Source of the DNA: an uncultured Spirochaetota bacterium
GTDB lineage: Bacteria > Spirochaetota > Spirochaetia > SZUA-6 > CAVTHK01
DNA: 64,000 nucleotides
Reading direction: 5' to 3'
Assembly (NCBI GenBank): GCA_963734495.1
Contig: CAVTHK010000009.1
Location: 267,308 to 331,307 of the forward strand
Part shown: positions 1-10,201 of the stretch, piece after piece
Numbering within the stretch: the stretch's first letter is position 1
Layout: each line of letters opens with the position of its first letter
Translations under genes and position numbers: made by a program
The notes under the pieces: model-generated
The model's database searches: none
Told to the model about the DNA's origin: nothing
What the model saw: the letters and a program-made list of their open reading frames with translations, nothing else

Positions 1-201
1 ACCTACCTTCTCGCGTACACGCCGGTGAGGCAGGTCGTGACGCTCGACACGTCGGGTCTGAACGGCAGCGCAGTCACGATCTCGCTCTACGACCCGGAAC
101 GCTGCGAGCTGACCGATCGCTATGGCGGCCCGAACAAGGGGCGCTGCACCATCGTCCCTCAGCGGGACCTCGACACGCTGATCGTCGTCGACGCTCGTTA
201 G
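1..201 (+). CDS. C-terminal fragment of an unidentified protein (5' end lies outside the window)
   Basis: Frame 1 is open from base 1 to TAG at 199-201 (...TLDTSGLNGSAVTISLYDPERCELTDRYGGPNKGRCTIVPQRDLDTLIVVDAR*). Codons are GC3-rich like neighbouring genes. No family recognised. Confidence 0.35.
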   Translation, partial: TYLLAYTPVRQVVTLDTSGLNGSAVTISLYDPERCELTDRYGGPNKGRCTIVPQRDLDTLIVVDAR

Positions 202-298
202 CCGCCCGTCGGACTTTCGGCAAGCCGACCGCGGCCGTTCAAGCCGCGACGCCCCGGCCCACGCCGGGCCCATCGCGCCCCGGGCGCCCGAGGCCGCC

Positions 299-1192
299 CT
301 ATCCCTTGATCGAGCCGATCATCACGCCCTTGACGAAGAAGCGCTGCAGGAACGGGTACGCTGACAGGATCGGCAGAGTCGCGACCACGACAGTGGCGTA
401 CTTGATCGACTCGGCGATCGAAGCCTTGTCGGACATCTCCACGCTCGTGAGCATGTCATTCAGGGTGTTCGCGAGGACGATCTCGCGCAGCACCAGCTGG
501 AGCGGCCAGAGCGACCGCTCTTTGAGGTAGATCATGGCGGGGAACCAGGCGTTCCACTGCTCCACGCCGTAGAAGAGCACCATCACGGCGACTGCCGACA
601 GGGAGACGGGAAGGGCGATCCTGAGGAGAACCACAAAGTCATTCGCGCCGTCGATGCGCGCCGATTCGAAGAGGCTTTCCGGGACGCTCTCGAAAGCCGT
701 CTTCATGATGATCAGGTTGTAGGCGCTGACGGCCGTGGGAAAGATGAGCGCCCAGCGCGTGTTGGTGATGCCGAGCCCCTTGACGAGCAGGTACAGCGGG
801 ATGAGCCCGCCGGAGAAGACCATGGTGAAGGTGATGAGAATCATGAGGGGCCGTCCGAAGAGCAGGTCCCTCCGCGACAGGGCGAAGGCGCCGAGCGTCG
901 TGAGCCCCACGTTCAGCACGATCGTGAGCGCCACGTTGATGAGGGTGTTGGCGTAGCCGGTGGCAAAGATCCTGTTCTGGAAGACGGCGGTGTAGGCGGC
1001 CGTGGTGAAGCCGTAGGGTCGCAGCACGAGCCCGGTGTGGCTCATCAGGCGGTTCGAGTCGCTGACCGATGAGAAGATCACGTGCATCAGCGGGTAGAGC
1101 ATGACGAACATCAGCAATACCATGAGGACGATGTTCACCCAGTCGAACACCCGCTCGGCCCGCGGGGCGCGGATGGCTGCGCGCGTCACCAC
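299..1192 (-). CDS. CUT1-family sugar ABC transporter permease (LplC/YtcP, MalG-type)
   Basis: The last ~297 codons of ORF 299..1714 read as a multi-TM permease with an EAA loop (ESARIDGANDFVVLLRIALP). The C-terminus FVKGVMIGSIKG is shared with the paralogs at 3956 and 61375. The upstream part of the ORF is Arg/Pro/Gly-rich read-through. GTG at 1192/1189 overlaps the upstream stop (GTGGTGA). Confidence 0.9.
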   Translation of the reverse strand: MVTRAAIRAPRAERVFDWVNIVLMVLLMFVMLYPLMHVIFSSVSDSNRLMSHTGLVLRPYGFTTAAYTAVFQNRIFATGYANTLINVALTIVLNVGLTTLGAFALSRRDLLFGRPLMILITFTMVFSGGLIPLYLLVKGLGITNTRWALIFPTAVSAYNLIIMKTAFESVPESLFESARIDGANDFVVLLRIALPVSLSAVAVMVLFYGVEQWNAWFPAMIYLKERSLWPLQLVLREIVLANTLNDMLTSVEMSDKASIAESIKYATVVVATLPILSAYPFLQRFFVKGVMIGSIKG

Positions 1193-2079
1193 AGGCTCGT
1201 CTCCGAAACGGAGCGGCTCGCCTTGTTCATGACCATGATGATGACGAAGTTCACCAGTGAGTTGAACAGCCCGACGGCGGCGGCGTAGCTGTAGTTCGCC
1301 TCCTCGAGCCCCTTGCGGTAGACGAAGGTCGAGATGATGTCGGAGTGCTCGTAGATCGTCGGGTTGTAGAGGAGCAGGACCTTCTCCGAGCCGACGCTCA
1401 GCATCCTGCCCGTCCGCAGGATCAGAAGGATGATGATCGTCGCGAGGATCCCCGGGATCGTGATGCTCCAGATCTGGCGCAGCCGGCCGGCGCCGTCGAT
1501 CCGCGCCGCCTCGTAGAGCTGGGGGTCGATCGTCGTGAGCGCCGCCAGGTAGATGATGGTGCCCCAGCCGAGATGCTGCCAGATGTTCGATCCCACGTAG
1601 ATCGGCATGAACCACTGCCCCTCGGCGAAGAAGTTGACGGCCTTCCCGCCCAGGGAGACGATCAGCGTGTTCACCAGCCCGTTCAGCGAGAAGAAGTCCT
1701 TGATCATCCCGCACACGACCACCAGGGATATGAAGTGCGGCAGATAGGTGATGCTCTGCACCATCCGCTTGAACGGGTTCCCCTTGAGCTCGTTGATGAG
1801 CACTGCGAGGATGATCGGCGCCGGGAATCCCCAGATGATGTCATTGATGCTGAGGAAGAAGGTGTTCCGGAGCAGCCGGACAAAGTAGTAGCTCTCGAAG
1901 AAACCCCTGATGTTCTCGACGCCGACCCAGCGGCTGCCCCAGATGCCGGTCCTGAAGGAGAAGTCCCGAAAGGCGATCTGCAGCCCGTACATGGGCTGGT
2001 AATGGAAGATCGCGAAGTACGCGACGACGGGGGCGAGCATCAGGTACAGCAGGGAGTTTTTCCTGAAGTCCCTGCGCAC
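1186..2079 (-). CDS. CUT1-family sugar ABC transporter permease (LplB/YteP, MalF-type)
   Basis: The C-terminal ~297 codons of ORF 1186..3810 carry FHYQPMYGLQIAFRDF and EAARIDGAGRLRQIWSITIP. The first canonical start after the SBP stop is GTG 2079, so the start is uncertain. Confidence 0.85.
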   Translation of the reverse strand: MRRDFRKNSLLYLMLAPVVAYFAIFHYQPMYGLQIAFRDFSFRTGIWGSRWVGVENIRGFFESYYFVRLLRNTFFLSINDIIWGFPAPIILAVLINELKGNPFKRMVQSITYLPHFISLVVVCGMIKDFFSLNGLVNTLIVSLGGKAVNFFAEGQWFMPIYVGSNIWQHLGWGTIIYLAALTTIDPQLYEAARIDGAGRLRQIWSITIPGILATIIILLILRTGRMLSVGSEKVLLLYNPTIYEHSDIISTFVYRKGLEEANYSYAAAVGLFNSLVNFVIIMVMNKASRSVSETSLW

Positions 2080-2165
2080 CCGCTCGCCGAACGGCAGCCC
2101 GCCGGCCCCCGCGCCGCGCTTCCCGTGAGCCGCGGCGGCCTCGGCGGCCGCCGCGGTCTTGACCG

Positions 2166-3850
2166 CTAGTCCTTGAGCCACTGCTGGTAGGCGTCGTTGT
2201 AGTACTCGACGAGCTTCTCGACCTTCAGGCTCTTGAGGGTCTGGGTGAACTTGTCGAAGTTCTCCAGGGGCTCCTTGCCCATGACGAACTTGTTGGTCAT
2301 CTCCAGCATGTAGGTCCTGACCTCGGTCATGATCGCCGCGGCTTCGCGCGTCCGGTCGGCCGGCATGAAGACCGTCGGCATGATCATCGAGGTGTCGAAC
2401 CTGGCCCAGATGGCGGAGGCCTGCGCCTGCTGGGGATAGGCGTTCTTGATCTGGACGTTCACGGGCGACAGGTCGAAGCCCGGCATCTGCACGATCGTAC
2501 CGCCCGCGTACTTGGCTGCGGCCTCCTCGAGCGTGAGGCCGTTGGGGTTCTTCATGATGAGGTCGGTAAAGATCCTCTTGCCGTCCTTGACCGTGTGCGC
2601 CTTGCCTTCGATGCCGTAGTTGAGCAGGTTCGCCCCTTCGTCGGTATAGTGGTAGTCCATCCACTTGGTCGTCTCGACCATGTACTTGTTGTTCTTCCCG
2701 ACCGCGGCGCCGTGGGGCACGAGGGCCTTGTATGCGCCGACGTTGATGTACATCTTGCCGTCCGGCGCCTTCGGGATCCCCACCGGGATGAGATCGTAGG
2801 TCGAGCCGGGCTTGCGCGCGCTCAGGTACTTGCCCAGACCGCCGGACAGCGCGCCGTAGTAGGCGCCGCCCCTGTCGCCGGTCATCTTGGCGTCCATCAT
2901 CTTGGTGTCCTGGGAGGCGAACTCGGGGTCGAGCAGCCCTTCGGCATACCACCTGGCCAGCGTGGAGAGGAAGGCCTTGAAGTTGGGATGGAGGCCCGGG
3001 AACTTGACCGTGTTCCCGTCGAGATACAGCAGGTTGTTGTTGTAGACAAAGCCGAAGGCGCCCGCGAAGGGCAGGATGCTCCAGGAATCCGAGGTCAGGG
3101 GCAGCGAGACGAACGGGATCTCGTCGGCCTTGCCGTTCCCGTTGGGGTCCTTCTCCCTGAATGCCTTGAGAACGACGTACCACTCGTCGATCGTCGCGGG
3201 CGGCTTCAGGCCGAGCTTGTCGAGCCAGTCCTTGCGCAGGACGGGGCCGGAGTTCGCCCGGGTCCAGGGGTCGAGCCGGATCTCGGGGAACATGTAGATG
3301 CGGCCGTCGTCCAGCGAAATCTCCTTGAGCAGCGGCCGGTTCTCCGTCAGGAGCTTCTTCAGGTTCGGCGCGAACTTCTCGATGTACCAGTTGAGCGGAA
3401 GGATCAGGCCGTCGTCCATGACCTTCTTGGCGCCGCCCGCCGCGTGGAGGTGGGCATCCCAGATCACGTCCTCCACTTCGCCGGTGGAGAACATCAGGTT
3501 CATCTTCGCCTTGGGGTCGGTGTAGGACTCCTCCCTCCACTTGATGGCCACGTTCGTGCGCTTCTCGAGCTCCTGGAAGACGTCCATGTCGGCGTAGCCC
3601 TTCATCTTGGAGACCACGTACAGCTCCGGCATGGCGAAGTAGCTGATGGTGACCTTGTCCTTGCTGACGGGCAGCACCAGTGCCTCGGCCGTCGCCGAGG
3701 TCAGCTTCATGGCGGCCTCGGCGGCGTGGCCGGCTTGCGCGCGGTGCCAGCCTGGGTCGCCTCCTTGCCTCCTTCGGCAAATGCCTGCGTGGCCACCGCC
3801 AGCAGGGCAATCGCCAGAATCAGGCAGCAGAATTTCCCGACAGACTTCAT
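2166..3850 (-). CDS. Family-1 extracellular solute-binding protein (LplA-like), frame-disrupted near the signal peptide
   Basis: ATG 3850 follows AAGGAGG and encodes the signal peptide MKSVGKFCCLILAIALLAVATQAFA, then hits TGA near 3700. The mature ~520-aa SBP (VTISYFAMPELY...WYAEGLLDPEF...) continues in the frame of ORF 2166..4556. There is one frame switch between ~3700 and 3760. Confidence 0.85.
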
Positions 3851-3955
3851 GCTTTGTTCCTCCTTTGAAAACTCCCGTGAGTATGATTCCGCCCGGTCCG
3901 AATGTCCAGACGCGCTCGAACGCCGCGATGACCGCGGCCACGAAACGGGCCCGGG

Positions 3956-4840
3956 CTATCCCTTGACCGCGCCGATCATGATGCCTTTGACGAAGTAGCG
4001 CTGCACGAAGGGGTAGATGGCGAGGATGGGCACGGTCGCCACGATCGCGGTCGCGTACTTGATGGTCTCGCCCACCTGAATCTGCTCGCCCTGCGACACG
4101 TTGCCGCCCATCATGCCCGTCGTGTCGTTGAGGATCAGGATCTCGCGCAGGATCAGCTGCACCGGGAAGAGCCTGCGGTTGTTCAGGAAGATCATGGCGT
4201 GGAACCAGGCGTTCCAGATGCCGACCGCGTAGAAGAGCGCGATGACCGAGACGACCGGGATCGCGAGCGGGACGATGATCCGCAGCATGATCGTGTAGTC
4301 GTTGGCCCCGTCGATCCTCGCCGATTCGTCGAGGCTGTCCGGGATGGTGCGGAAATACGACAGCGTCACGATGAGGTTGTACGTGCTGATCGCGTTGGGA
4401 AGGATCAGCGCGAAGCGGCTGTTGAGCAGCCCGAAGTCGCGCACGAGGAGGAACAGCGGGATGATTCCGCCGCTGAACCACATGGTGAAGACGATGAAAA
4501 AGGTGATCGGCGCCCGCAGCAGCACGCCCTTGCGCGAAAGGCCGTAGGCGCCGCACACGGTCAGCGCCACGCTCAGGCTCGTCCCCGCGGTTACGTAGAT
4601 GATCGTGTTCATGTAGCTGGACAGCAGGACCGGGTTGTTGAAGACCATCCGGTAGGCCGCGGTCTCGAAGCCGAGCGTGCGCAGGAGCAGGCCGCGGTGC
4701 TTGAGCAGAAGGCCCGGGTCGCTGAAGGATGCGAACGCCACGTAGAGGAAGGGGTAGAGCGTCGCGAACGAGAGCGCGAGCATGGCGAGGACGTTCAGCG
4801 CGCCGAAGAGCCTCTCGCCTGTCGATCTCCTGTAGCTCAA
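3956..4840 (-). CDS. CUT1-family sugar ABC transporter permease (LplC-type)
   Basis: Intact 294-aa ORF with EAA loop ESARIDGANDYTIMLRIIVP and C-terminal FVKGIMIGAVKG. Paralog of 299..1192 and 61375..62268. Confidence 0.92.
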   Translation of the reverse strand: MSYRRSTGERLFGALNVLAMLALSFATLYPFLYVAFASFSDPGLLLKHRGLLLRTLGFETAAYRMVFNNPVLLSSYMNTIIYVTAGTSLSVALTVCGAYGLSRKGVLLRAPITFFIVFTMWFSGGIIPLFLLVRDFGLLNSRFALILPNAISTYNLIVTLSYFRTIPDSLDESARIDGANDYTIMLRIIVPLAIPVVSVIALFYAVGIWNAWFHAMIFLNNRRLFPVQLILREILILNDTTGMMGGNVSQGEQIQVGETIKYATAIVATVPILAIYPFVQRYFVKGIMIGAVKG

Positions 4841-4856
4841 CCCCCCACCCTCCCCA

Positions 4857-5802
4857 TCACCACAGGCTGTTCTCGGTCGTCCTGCGGCTGATGGCGTTGG
4901 CGCTGATCACCAGGATGCACGCTATCGTCGAGTTGAAGAGGCCGACCGCCGCCGAGTAGGCGTACTGCGCCTCGAGGATGCCGCGCCGGTAGACGAACGT
5001 GGAGATGATGTCGGCGGTGTCGTAGATGCGCGGGTTGTAAAGCAGCATCACCTTCTCGAAGCCGACGTTCATGAGGTTCCCGATGTTGAGGATCAGGAGG
5101 ATCATGATCGTCGGCAGCAGGCCCGGCAGGGTGATGTGCCAGGTCTGCTTCCACCGCCCCGCGCCGTCCATGCGGGCGGCTTCGTAGAGCTCCTCGCTGA
5201 TGCCCGAGAGGGCGGCAAGGTAGATGATCGAGCCCCAGCCGACCTGCTGCCAGATCCCCGAAATCACGTAGATCCCGCGGAAGTACTCCGGCTTGAGCAG
5301 GAGGTTCCCGCTGTAGCCGAGCAGCGGCGCGAGCGCGGCTGAGATGAGGCCGTCCTCCTTGACGAAGTCCACGATGATGCCGCTCACGACGACGATCGAG
5401 ATGAAGTGCGGGATATAGGTGATCGTCTGCACGGTCCGCTTGAACGCGGCGTTGACGACCTCGTTCAGGAGCAGGGCGAGGATGATGGGCGCGGGGAACC
5501 CGAGCACGATGTTGTAGACGCTCAGCAGCACCGTGTTGCGCAGCAGCTGCACGAAATAGAAGCTGCCGAAGAACTCCTTGAAGTTGGTGAGCCCGATGAA
5601 CGGGCTGCTCCAGATGCCGAGGGCGGGGCGGAAGTCCTTGAACGCGATGATCGCCCCGTACATCGGCATGTAGTGGAAGAGCAGGTAGTACAGGACCACC
5701 GGCGCGAGGATGACGTAGATGTTGACGTTGCGGCGCGAGATCGCGCCTGAGGAGGGTGAGGAACCCCTCCTTGCGCCGTGCCTCGCCCTGTCGCTCAGAC
5801 AT
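4857..5802 (-). CDS. CUT1-family sugar ABC transporter permease (LplB-type), frame-disrupted at the N-terminus
   Basis: The body (FHYMPMYGAIIAFKDF, EAARMDGAGRWKQTWHITLP) is in ORF 4857..5699. A plausible N-terminus MSERQGEARRKEGFLTLLRRDLA (ATG 5802) lies in another frame. Removing one C near 5733 joins them (..RRDLARNVNIYVILAPVV..). Confidence 0.85.
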
Positions 5803-5888
5803 GTGCCGCCATGCCCTCGGGTGCAGAATCAGAGCGGGCCTGCCCGCGGCGGAACCGCAGGCAGGCCGCTCTGGAACCGTTCGAGCCG

Positions 5889-7525
5889 TCAGGGCCGCGC
5901 GTAGTACCTCTTGAGCTGCGCCCTCATGATCTCCTTGGCGCGATCGAGGTTCATCTTCTTGAGCGTCGCCTGGAAGTCGTCGAACTTGTCCATCGGCTCC
6001 GCGCCCATGATGAACTTGACCATCATCTGGTCGGAGTAGGTGTTGATCTCGCTCATGAGCTTGGCGAACTCGCGGCTCTCGTCCGGGGTCGGGTAGACGG
6101 GCGGCAGCCACATCTCGTTGACGGTCTCCATCCAGAGGCCGCGGCCCTTGGGCCCGAGCTGCTCGGGGAGGCTGTCGCGCTGCTCGAGGAACTCGAGGCT
6201 CTTGATTCCGGCGGTGTCGCCGACGCGGGCGTAGACGCCGGTGGCCTGGTCGCGGGAGAGATCGGGGTTCTTCATGATGAGGTCCGAGTAGCGCGGATAG
6301 CCGTACTTCTCCAGACCGAACACAGGGTCCTTGTATCCCTGGACGCTCTTGTCCCAGTTGAACGTCTGCCCCTCGATGCCGAAGTTCGCGAGGATGTAGC
6401 CGGCCTCGGAGTAGTCGTAGTTCAGCAGCCGGCATGCGGCCTCGACGTTCTTGGCCGCCGTCGTGATCGCGGCGCCGGAGCCGGTGAAGTCCGGGGTCAT
6501 GTGGCCCAGCAGCGCCTTGTCGCCCTTCTTGAGCACCGGGTACCTCACGATGTTGATGAGGAAGTCCGGGTTCTTCGGCCGCGCGAGCCCCGTGTACCGG
6601 GTCACCTGGCCGCCCATGGCGCCTTCGAACAGGAGGACGCGGCCGTCGAGCACCTTCTCGTCGTACATCTTGGCGTTGTTGGCGGCGAACTCCGAGTCGA
6701 GCAGGCCATCCTTGAACCAGCGGTTCATCAGGACCAGGAAGTCCTTGAACTGCGGAGTCGACGGGCCGTAGACGGGCTCGTCCTTGATGTGGGTAAAGCG
6801 GGTCGAGATGCCCCAGGCGCCGATGATCTGCATGTCGGCCTGCAGCAGGTTCATCATGAAGCTGTACGGGATGAGGTCCTTGCCGCTGGAGCCCTTGAGC
6901 CCCGCTGCCTTGGCCGGCGCAGGAGCGCCTCCCACTCGTCGAGGGTCTCGAGGTTCCCCGGGAACTTGCTCACGTCGAAGCCCGGGATCTTGTTCAGAAT
7001 ATCCCGGCGGAGCATCGGTCCGTCGAAGTGGGCCAGGGCGGTGTCGGCGTATATCTGCGGGAACACGTACAGCGTCCCGTCGTCGAGCGTGGCCTGCCTC
7101 TTGGCAACCGGGAACTTGGCCAACGCCTTCTTGAAGTCCGGGGCCCACTTGTCGATCGGCTCGTTGAGCTTGATGATCACCTTGTCCGTGATGGACGCTG
7201 CCGGACCCCCGGGAACGGTCAGCCAGTTGTAGAAGATGATGTCCGGGAAGTTCCTGGAGGCCATCATCAGGTTGAACTGCTCCGCCTCGTTGCCCATCGC
7301 GGGTGTGAGGAAGTCGACCTGGACGTTGGTCCGCTTCTGCAGCTCGATCCAGCCGGGATGGTCCTTGAGCGAGGCCCACTTGCTGCCTGCGCGGGCGAGA
7401 CCTGCCCAGTAGGTCACCTTGGCCGGCGCGCCCGTCACGGCCTTCGTCCCTTCGGTCTGCGGCGACGCGAATGCCAGCGACTCGAACAGAAGCGCCAGGC
7501 CGACGATCAGGATTGCTCTTTTCAC
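5889..7525 (-). CDS. Family-1 extracellular solute-binding protein (LplA-like), frame-disrupted
   Basis: GTG 7525 follows GAGGAGG and encodes the signal peptide VKRAILIVGLALLFESLAFA. The N-terminal ~200 aa are in ORF 6854..7576 and the remaining ~345 aa in ORF 5889..7769. The frames join near 6927 (..LDEWEALL|APAKAAGLKGSSGKDLIPYSF..). Confidence 0.85.
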
Positions 7526-7791
7526 TGCGTTCACCTCCTCGAGGGTTGTCGCCCGCGCGCGACTGCGTGGGGTCACTCTGCTCGCGGGCTCGCACTACTA
7601 TAGCAGACCCGCGAGCCCAAGTCAAGTTGAGTCGTGCCTCTGCGCGCCCCCCGCGGGCACTGGTGGGCCGCGGCCCTTGTGCAAAGCGGCGAGCATCGCC
7701 ATTGTAACAGCGCGGCGGAACGGCACGGGGGTTCGCCGGCCGCCGTTCGCGCGACAAACGGCGCTCCATGCATCACAAAGGAGGCATCCGG

Positions 7792-9077
7792 GTGAAGAGC
7801 ATCGGCAGGTACGAAGAGCCCGCCAGGGAGATCAACGTCTACGGCGAGTACGACGTCGTGGTGGTCGGAGGAGGCTGCGCGGGCTTCGCCGCGGCCGTTG
7901 CCGCGGCGCGGAACGGAGCGCGCACCCTCATCATCGAGCGCTTCCCGTTTTTCGGCGGGCACCGCGACGGCGAGCCTGATGGCCAACATCGTCGGCTTCC
8001 GCAACCAGGTGGAGCCGGACTACCTGCAGACGACAAAGGGAATCGGCGAGGAGCTGATGCTGCGGCTGCTCGCCGACGGGGCGGCAGTCAAGTCCCGCAA
8101 CGCCTACCCGTCGCGGCAGCGCAGCGATACCAGGGGCGACCTCTCGTACAACTACGCGTACGACACCGAGAAGTTCAAGTTCGCGACCCTCAGGATGGTG
8201 CGCGAGGCCGGGGTGGACATCCTGTTCCACACGTACTTCGCTGCCGTGGTCAAGGACGGCGAAAGCGCGGCTGCGCGGCGTGATCGTCGAGAACAAGTCC
8301 GGCCGCCAGGCGATCTGGGCGAAGATCGTCATCGACGCTTCCGGCGACGGCGACGTGGCATTCCAGGCAGGCGTGCCGTACTGGCACACGAAGAAGGACG
8401 AGGCGCCGCGCCTGCTCGACTGCCTCATGTACAAGATCGGCGGGCTTCCCGAGGGACACCACCGCGCCCGGATGCCTCTACGGCGACACGATGGTGGTGT
8501 GGGGCCCGAACCCCGGACCCGCCAACGCGGCCGACGCGGACGAGCTCACCGAGGAGGAGATCAAGGTGCGCCTGGCCGTCTACGACGACCTCGAGCAGAA
8601 GAAGAGCGAAGCATCCCGGATCTCGCCGGCGCCTACGTGCTCGACACCGGCACGCTGATCGGCGTCAGGCAGACGCGCTTCTTCGAGGGAGAGTACGTCC
8701 TCACGGGGGACGACGTGCTCGAGGGCCGCGAGTTCGAGGACTCGATCGCCATGGCCGCCAACCCGATCATCCACTACTACGGCTACCGCAGGTTCCTCGA
8801 GCACGAGGGGTACCAGATCCCGTACCGGGCGATCGTCCCGAAGAAGATGGACAACCTCTACGTCATCGGCCGCTGCATGTCGTCGGACCAGCGGGCCTAC
8901 GAGTCGTGGCGCGCGATGGCGCACGTGTTCGCGATCGGCGAGGCCTCCGGCGTCGCCGCGGCCCTGTGCGTCAGGACGAAGCGGGACCCGCGCGGGCTCG
9001 ACGTCCGGCTCCTGCAGAAGACCCTCGTGGAGCAGGGCTGCGAGATCGGGCAGGGAAAGAACAAGAAGAAGAAGTAG
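7792..9077 (+). CDS. FAD-dependent oxidoreductase (FAD_oxidored family), four frame disruptions
   Basis: GTG 7792 follows AAAGGAGG. The dinucleotide-binding motif DVVVVGGGCAGFAAAVAAARNG is present. The protein is only recovered by joining frames at ~7958 (GGG run), ~8277, ~8459 and ~8610. The C-terminal ~150 aa are intact (YRAIVPKKMDNLYVIGRCMS). Confidence 0.8.
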
Positions 9078-9117
9078 GCGGCGGCGGCCCGCGCCGGATA
9101 TAATCAAAGGAGCCGCG

Positions 9118-10186
9118 ATGGACGACGAGACACTGGCCCTGGTCTACAAACGGGCGGGATGCCTCGAGCCGATGACCGTGCCGATCCCCCGCATTCCGGG
9201 GCCCTCGGTGCGCGTCGAGATGAAGGCCTGCGGCATCTGCGGCAGCGACGTCAAGTACTTCCGCGGCGACAACCCCTGGGCGCTGCACACGCTCGGCCGC
9301 AACATCCCGCCGCCTCCGAACATGATCCTCGGCCACGAGGTGTCGGGCGTCGAGGCCTCCAGCGGACAGCGCCGCCGCGTGGCGATCCTCGCGTTCAAGA
9401 GCTGCGGCCGCTGCGCGGCCTGCCGCGGCGGGCGCGAGAACCTGTGCGCCGACATGGAGCACTTTGGCCACAGCGCGGGGTGGGCGAAGATGGCCTACAC
9501 CCCCGGGCGGCATGTCGCGGCAGTTCGACATCTGGCAGGGCTTCGACTACGAGATCCCCGACTCGGTCTCCCACGAGGCCGCGACGTTCCTGGACGGCCT
9601 CGCGGTTGCGGTGCACGCCGTCGAGGTGGGCGGCGTCGGGCCGGGGCACTGGGTCGGGGTCGTCGGCCTCGGGCCGATCGGGATGCTGGCAGCCCAGGCC
9701 GCGCGGGCCGCCGGCGCGGAGCGGGTCTTCGCCACGGACGTGTACGACGTTCCCGTCCGGCTGGCGGCGAGGTGGGGCTCACGAACGTCGTGTCCGCCGA
9801 GGACACCGACCCCGTCGACTACATCCGCAGCCAGACCAGGGGGCGCTCCGGCCTCGACGTGGTTTTCGACACGGTGGGAACCGAGGGCTCGATCACCGAC
9901 GGGCCTCGGCCTGCTCGCGCCGGGCGGGGCGCTGGTGCTCCTTGCGATCAGCGAGAAGCCGGTGTCGTTCGCGACCATCGCGATCAGCGGCGAGAGGCGG
10001 ATCCTTTCGTCCGCCAACAATCGCTACCCGGACTTTCCGAGGGCGATCGACCTGCTCGGCCGGGGCCTGGTGCGCGTCGAGCCGCTGATCACCCACCGCT
10101 TTCGCCTCGAAGACGGCGCGAAAGCCTTTGACGTCATGCTCCGAAAAAGAGAAGAGGGAGCCTACAAGGTCGTGCTTCTGCCGTAA
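9118..10186 (+). CDS. Zinc-dependent alcohol/polyol dehydrogenase (MDR family), three frame disruptions
   Basis: Motifs GHEVSG, CGRCAACRGGRENLC and GLGPIG are present. Segments alternate between ORFs 9118..10131 and 9464..10186. Deleting one G from GGG at 9505-9507 and at 9901-9903 restores frame. The third switch is near 9765. Confidence 0.85.
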
Positions 10187-10201
10187 AGGCGGGGAGGTGT
10201 C

